The notes under the pieces were generated by a model that was not told the origin of the DNA, did not search any database, and saw only the letters and a list, made by a program, of their open reading frames with translations. Positions 59,047 to 64,000 of a stretch of DNA of 64,000 nt are shown here, piece by piece (position 1 is the first letter of the stretch; the number at the start of each line of letters is the position of its first letter). Position numbers and translations under genes: made by a program. Location of the stretch: the NCBI GenBank assembly GCA_039679675.1, contig JBDKUN010000009.1, positions 22,863 through 86,862 on the forward strand. Reading direction: 5' to 3'. This DNA is from Armatimonadota bacterium. Its GTDB lineage: Bacteria; Armatimonadota; UBA5829; DTLH01.

Positions 59047-61053
59047 ATGGCTCTGTCAGCACATCGAAAATTATCCAGGTTGTCCATTCTATACATCATA
59101 GTATTGTTCCTTCTGCCGGTTGCCGCTATGGCCGAATATGTTCCTGACGAACTGATAGTCCGGCTGAAACCCGGCAGAGGTCTTTCTCAACTGTCCAGAC
59201 TGCAAGGGAACATCGGCGCTAAGGTGAAGCAGAACATCGAAAGGGAAAGGTTCTATACCTTGAAGCTCCCGGAAGGCTTAGATCTGGGCAAGGTGATAGC
59301 CCGGTTCCGCAGCCACCCAGCGGTCGAGTATGCCGGTCCGAACCACATATTCCGAATTGCGCTCGAACCGGATGATCCGCTGTTCAGAAACGATTACAGC
59401 GACGACCCGCCTCAGTGGGGGCTCTATAACGATGGCTATAACAACGATTTCTTCAGCATGCTGGGAGGGACCAGCGTGGAAGGGGCCGATATTCACGCGG
59501 AAGAGGCCTGGGACGTAACGACTGGCAGCAGCAGCGTTATCATAGCAAGCGTAGACACAGGCGTCGATTACACACATGAAGATCTCGCCGGTAATATATG
59601 GACTAATCCAGGTGAGATCGCGGGTAATGGCATAGACGACGACAAAAACGGCTATGTGGATGACATAATGGGCTGGAATTTCGTGGGCAAAAGCGCGGAT
59701 GTGCAGGATGACCACGGACATGGCACGTTTACCGCATCTGTTGCCGATGCCGAAGGCAATAATGGAGTCGGCATGGCCGGTGTGGCATGGAACTGCAGGA
59801 TCATGGCCCTGAAGGTACTCGACGAGAATGGGTATGGTCTCGAAGACGATGCAGCCAAAGCGGTAATGTATGCCGTCGATAACGGCGCTAAGGTCATAAA
59901 TATGAGCATGGAAGGTGATGATGCTCCCCTCCTCAAATACGCGGTAAATTACGCCTGGAATAAGGGTGCGATCTGCGTCTGCGCAAGCGGAAATGAAGAT
60001 CAGGGGCCGGACAAGCCGTCCTATCCGGCATCGTATACCAACGCGCTCTCAGTAGGGGCGAGTAACCAGTCGGATGAGAGATGCTCTGAATGGGACTGGT
60101 TCACCGGCGGCAGTAATTACGGTTACTATTTGGATGTAGTGGCTCCGGGAGCTTGGATAACGGGCGCCAGCCCCTACGACCAGTATACCATAGAAAACGG
60201 CACATCGGCTGCGGCTCCGTTCGTTTCCGGTATAGCGGCGCTTGTGTGGTCCGTCCACCCGGACTGGTCGAATGCCGAAGTGTTCTTCCATATACTCCAT
60301 ACGGCAGATGATGTAGATGCCAAGGGCTACGATATTTATACCGGCTGGGGACGTGTGAACGCCTGGAGAGCTGTGTCCGAACCGATCAATTATACCGGCA
60401 GTGTAGGGAATGCAAAAATCACTGCGTCCAACACACCTGTTGTGATGAAAGATATGGTGCTTTCTTGCTCGAGTACGGCTTTCACCGACAGGATCTACGT
60501 TCAGAATGAAGACAGATCGTCTGGCATCATGGTCTACTACGGCGACGGCAATGTGCCTCCAGATCTTGAGATCGGGGACAGGCTGACGGTCCTCGGTACC
60601 ACCGGTACCGTATCGGGTGAGTGCGCCATTTTGAACCCTGTAGTGCACATGTCTTCCAAAGGAAATCCACCCAGGCCGCTTGGCATGAGTAACCGCGCAG
60701 TCGGCGGCGGAGCTTTCGGGCTTCAGGGTACTGTTGTAGACCATTACCCCATAAAAAGGACCTACTCGAACGCTATGAACAACATCGGCCTCCTGGTCAC
60801 GGTTTTTGGCAGAGTTACAAAGGCGCAGGATGACTGGTTTTACATAGATGACGGTTCGAAATTGTTGGATAACAGCGGCTATACCGGCATACGGGTGGTC
60901 TACGACCCGGACATCCTTGCCCCGCCTTTGGAAGGCGACTACGCGGCGGTAACGGGTATCTCCACATGCGAGCTGGTACAGGGCAGTACCACAGTCCGGC
61001 GGAGGATTATCCGGCCAAGGATAGATGGCGATATATGGGTGATTTCCCAGTAG
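59047..61053 (+). CDS. Secreted S8 subtilisin-like serine protease with C-terminal extension
   Basis: Signal peptide, propeptide, catalytic triad VDTG / HGHGT / GTSAAAP. AAAGGAG RBS. Confidence 0.93.
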   Translation: MALSAHRKLSRLSILYIIVLFLLPVAAMAEYVPDELIVRLKPGRGLSQLSRLQGNIGAKVKQNIERERFYTLKLPEGLDLGKVIARFRSHPAVEYAGPNHIFRIALEPDDPLFRNDYSDDPPQWGLYNDGYNNDFFSMLGGTSVEGADIHAEEAWDVTTGSSSVIIASVDTGVDYTHEDLAGNIWTNPGEIAGNGIDDDKNGYVDDIMGWNFVGKSADVQDDHGHGTFTASVADAEGNNGVGMAGVAWNCRIMALKVLDENGYGLEDDAAKAVMYAVDNGAKVINMSMEGDDAPLLKYAVNYAWNKGAICVCASGNEDQGPDKPSYPASYTNALSVGASNQSDERCSEWDWFTGGSNYGYYLDVVAPGAWITGASPYDQYTIENGTSAAAPFVSGIAALVWSVHPDWSNAEVFFHILHTADDVDAKGYDIYTGWGRVNAWRAVSEPINYTGSVGNAKITASNTPVVMKDMVLSCSSTAFTDRIYVQNEDRSSGIMVYYGDGNVPPDLEIGDRLTVLGTTGTVSGECAILNPVVHMSSKGNPPRPLGMSNRAVGGGAFGLQGTVVDHYPIKRTYSNAMNNIGLLVTVFGRVTKAQDDWFYIDDGSKLLDNSGYTGIRVVYDPDILAPPLEGDYAAVTGISTCELVQGSTTVRRRIIRPRIDGDIWVISQ

Positions 61054-61062
61054 GTCAAGTGA

Positions 61063-61893
61063 CTATCCGGTCAGTCCGGTTAGAAATATGGTGATATACC
61101 AGAAGACGACGGGGCCGGTGTAGAGCAGGCTGTCTATCCGGTCCAGTACACCGCCGTGGCCGGGAAGCAGGGTCCCGAAGTCCTTGATTCCCACTTCCCG
61201 TTTGAACGCCGAACCCACGAAGTCTCCTATCTGCCCCACGATGCCTATCAGTGCTCCCAGAACCAGCCCGTGAAAGAGAGGAATGCCGATAAATACTGCG
61301 GCAATGGCGGCTGCGATTATGGCAAAAACGAAGCCGCCGATAGAACCCTCGATTGTCTTCCCTGGGCTGATGCTCGGCGCGATCTTGGTTTTTCCGAAGA
61401 ATTTGCCGACGAGATATGCCCCCGTATCAAGTGCCCAAGTTGTAATCAGCGCGAACATCACAAGCCACGCGCCCAGTTCTGAACCATTTGGGCCGGTTCC
61501 ATGGATATTCCTGAGCCAGACGAAGTGCATGAGCAAAAGGAACACGTAACATACGCCGAGAACCGTCACGCCGACGTTTATGAACGGCGCACGGGATTCG
61601 TTTTTTAACTCAAATGCAAGCGAAAGAAGGAGCAGTGCGGTAAATGCCGGAATAATCACATTCAGGCTATCGGCATAAGAGTTTCTTCCGAAGTAGAGAA
61701 TTACCAAACCTGCGGCAAGTCCGAGGGATAAATGAGGACGGGCCCCGCCCTTCCTCACAGCTCTGTAGAACTCGAAGAGAGCCAGGACCGCAGCAGCACC
61801 GGCTAGACCGGCGAATGGCATTCCGCCAGGCCAGAAGACAAGTGCCACAACAATCGGTACCGCTATAACGATGGTGATAAGCCTCGTTAACAT
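61063..61893 (-). CDS. cdsA: Phosphatidate cytidylyltransferase
   Basis: DTGAYLVG..FG, SPGKTIEG, KDFGTLLPGHGGVLDRIDS. Confidence 0.96.
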   Translation of the reverse strand: MLTRLITIVIAVPIVVALVFWPGGMPFAGLAGAAAVLALFEFYRAVRKGGARPHLSLGLAAGLVILYFGRNSYADSLNVIIPAFTALLLLSLAFELKNESRAPFINVGVTVLGVCYVFLLLMHFVWLRNIHGTGPNGSELGAWLVMFALITTWALDTGAYLVGKFFGKTKIAPSISPGKTIEGSIGGFVFAIIAAAIAAVFIGIPLFHGLVLGALIGIVGQIGDFVGSAFKREVGIKDFGTLLPGHGGVLDRIDSLLYTGPVVFWYITIFLTGLTG

Positions 61894-61902
61894 GGCTTTT
61901 TC

Positions 61903-63222
61903 TTATTTTCTCGAATCCAGATACTGTTCCACGACCTTCATGGCGCAGTAAGAACTGCACATGGAGCATGCTTCTTCCGCGTGTGTGCAGCGCTTTTCAC
62001 GGATTTCCCTGGCTTTGGCGGGATCGATTGCAAGCTCCAACTGCTTCTTCCAATCCAGCGCTTTGCGTGCAGTGGACATTTCTGCATCCCACTCACGCGC
62101 TCCCGGCACGCGCCTTACCAGATCTGCTGCATGGCCGGCAATTCGCGCAGCAATTACTCCCTCATGGACATCCTGAACCGTCGGAAGGCCGAGGTGTTCG
62201 CTCGGCGTCACATAGCAGATAAAGTCCGCACCTGACATAGCCGCAACTGCTCCTCCAATGGCCGATGTGATGTGGTCATACCCCGGAGCAATATCCGTTA
62301 CGAGCGGCCCGAGGACATAGAACGGCGCTCCGTCACAGAGCCGCTTCTGGAGAACGATATTGGCAGCTACCTGGTCGAGCGGAACATGCCCAGGCCCTTC
62401 GACCATTGCCTGGACTCCTGCTTCGCGCGCCCGCTGTACCAGCTCGCCAAGGATTATCAACTCCTGTACCTGGGCACGGTCGGTGGCATCAGCTGTCGAA
62501 CCCGGACGCAGACCGTCGCCGAGTGAAAGGGTGACATCATGCTTTTTTGCAATGTCGAGCAGGTCGTCATACCTGAGATAAAGCGGGTTTTCCTTTTCGT
62601 TTGCCAGCATCCAGCAGGTCAGGAACGCGCCTCCACGGCTGACTACGTCCGTCAGTCTGCCCTGCTTCTGAAGTCTTGATATGGACTCCCTTGTCACACC
62701 GCAGTGGACAGTGACGAAATCGACTCCCTGCTCCGCCTGGTGCTCAATAGCCGATAAGAGATCATCTTCGGTCATATCGACAATCGAGCCCTTGCGCTCG
62801 ATTGCTGAAACTGCTGCTTCATACATCGGTACTGTGCCTACAGGCACTGGGCAGCGTGCGAGAATCTCTTTACGGATGTTCAGTATATCGCCGCCTGTGC
62901 TGAGGTCCATCATGGCATCCGCACCCGCGTCGAGCGCGGTCTGAAGTTTTTCAAGCTCAGGAGCCATATCGGGAAAATCAGCTGATGTGCCAATATTCGC
63001 GTTTACTTTGACTTTGAGGCCTTCGCCGACACCTCTCGGAGAGTCCATCTCTCTGTTCACGTTTCGCGGAATGACGATTCTTCCCGCCTGAACACCCCTC
63101 AGAATTATGTCTGTATCAACATGTTCGCTCTCCGCGACAGCTTTCATCTCAGGGGTAATTATACCAGCTCTCGCCGACTCTAACTGTGTCAACTGTATAC
63201 CTCCAATGCTGCTTGCTTGCAA
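61903..63222 (-). CDS. thiC: Phosphomethylpyrimidine synthase
   Basis: [40 protein letters not shown]. Confidence 0.98.
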   Translation of the reverse strand: MQASSIGGIQLTQLESARAGIITPEMKAVAESEHVDTDIILRGVQAGRIVIPRNVNREMDSPRGVGEGLKVKVNANIGTSADFPDMAPELEKLQTALDAGADAMMDLSTGGDILNIRKEILARCPVPVGTVPMYEAAVSAIERKGSIVDMTEDDLLSAIEHQAEQGVDFVTVHCGVTRESISRLQKQGRLTDVVSRGGAFLTCWMLANEKENPLYLRYDDLLDIAKKHDVTLSLGDGLRPGSTADATDRAQVQELIILGELVQRAREAGVQAMVEGPGHVPLDQVAANIVLQKRLCDGAPFYVLGPLVTDIAPGYDHITSAIGGAVAAMSGADFICYVTPSEHLGLPTVQDVHEGVIAARIAGHAADLVRRVPGAREWDAEMSTARKALDWKKQLELAIDPAKAREIREKRCTHAEEACSMCSSYCAMKVVEQYLDSRK

Positions 63223-63229
63223 AGTCCGG

Positions 63230-63880
63230 TTAACAACCGGACCTGAATTCTTCTGATAAAGCCTTTACCGCTTCGGCCATGTCGGGCGCGCCGGTCACTG
63301 CCGATATGACTGCAGCAGAATCAGCTCCGGCCTGCGCTGTTTCACGTATATTTGAAACCGAAATGCCCCCGATAGCAACAACCTGCAGCGTTATGGCCTG
63401 TTTGATTGCTGTTATGGCTTTCGGCCCTACCACCGCGCCGGTGTCCAGCTTGGTCGTAGTAGAAAATATCGGCCCAATGCCGACATAGTCCGCGCCGTCC
63501 GCTTCGGCCTTTAATGACTCTTCGACGTTGCTCGTTGAAACTCCTATGATTGCATTCGGCCCCAGTATTTTCCTTACCACGCTTGCCGGAAGGTCATCCT
63601 GGCCTATATGGAGTCCGTCCGCATTGCAGGCGATTGCTATATCGAGCCTGTTATTGATGATAAATGCTATACCGGCATCCAGCGTAAGGGCTCTTATTTG
63701 CTGGGCAACTTCCAGAAGGTCTCGGTCGGGCAGCTTAGTCTCCCTGAGCTGTATGATGGATGCTCCTCCTGCGATAGCGGCTGCGGCAATTGCAACATGG
63801 CCTCTGTCAGGCTCGAGCCTACCGTCGGTTATGACGTAAAGACCATTTATAGCTTGTTTGGAAAATGAATTCGGTCTCAT
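63230..63880 (-). CDS. thiE: Thiamine phosphate synthase
   Basis: [36 protein letters not shown] 63880 is the likely start. Confidence 0.95.
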   Translation of the reverse strand: MRPNSFSKQAINGLYVITDGRLEPDRGHVAIAAAAIAGGASIIQLRETKLPDRDLLEVAQQIRALTLDAGIAFIINNRLDIAIACNADGLHIGQDDLPASVVRKILGPNAIIGVSTSNVEESLKAEADGADYVGIGPIFSTTTKLDTGAVVGPKAITAIKQAITLQVVAIGGISVSNIRETAQAGADSAAVISAVTGAPDMAEAVKALSEEFRSGC

Positions 63881-63897
63881 TTGCACCTGCAGTTCAC

Positions 63898-63938
63898 AAG
63901 AAAAAAGCCGCAAATCCGATTGGTGGGATTTGCGGCTC
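63898..63938 (-). terminator. Riboswitch expression-platform terminator
   Basis: Minus strand AGCCGCAAATCC-caccaatc-GGATTTGCGGCT-TTTTTCTT, upstream of thiE. Confidence 0.85.
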
Positions 63939-63952
63939 TAATAAACTTTTCC

Positions 63953-64000
63953 GCATTCCTCAACCGGAATATTCTCCGGTTCAGGTTGGAATGTTAGTCC
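63953..64000 (-). ncRNA. TPP riboswitch, 3' half (cut by the window edge)
   Basis: Minus strand CATTCC-AACCTGAACCGGAGAATATTCCGGTTGA-GGAATG resembles TPP P4/P5. Lies upstream of a terminator and thiE-thiC. Confidence 0.65.

Overview
Bacterial chromosomal window, probably Armatimonadota. That assignment is an inference from the Rhs-core style, a tandem C-terminal domain shared by two secreted proteins, and the steA/steB plus rapZ/yvcK gene content. Housekeeping content: tyrS, rpsB-tsf-pyrH-frr-uppS-dxr-rseP-ispG, proS, rapZ-yvcK, maf, nadK-recN-steA-steB, a 2-oxoacid:ferredoxin oxidoreductase operon, thiE-thiC-cdsA under a TPP riboswitch, and several carbohydrate-active genes. Three accessory systems stand out. 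(1) 22762-24372: a DRT2-type antiviral reverse transcriptase with a ~310-nt structured upstream ncRNA. Its antisense strand carries a permuted perfect promoter (TATAAT first, TTGACA 121 nt later). Joining 144-nt units head to tail rebuilds TTGACA-17bp-TATAAT and a stop-free 48-codon repeating ORF, a hidden Neo-like gene absent from the ORF track. (2) 3738-7369: three paralogous proteins with a conserved YxxP-containing leader placed ahead of a signal peptide, followed immediately by a radical SAM/SPASM enzyme; a candidate undescribed protein-modification system. (3) 50577-56700: an AT-rich island of orphan Rhs toxin-tip/immunity cassettes, each behind a repeated hairpin-rich element whose loops are inverted between copies. 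All calls were made by eye from motifs; no database searches were run.
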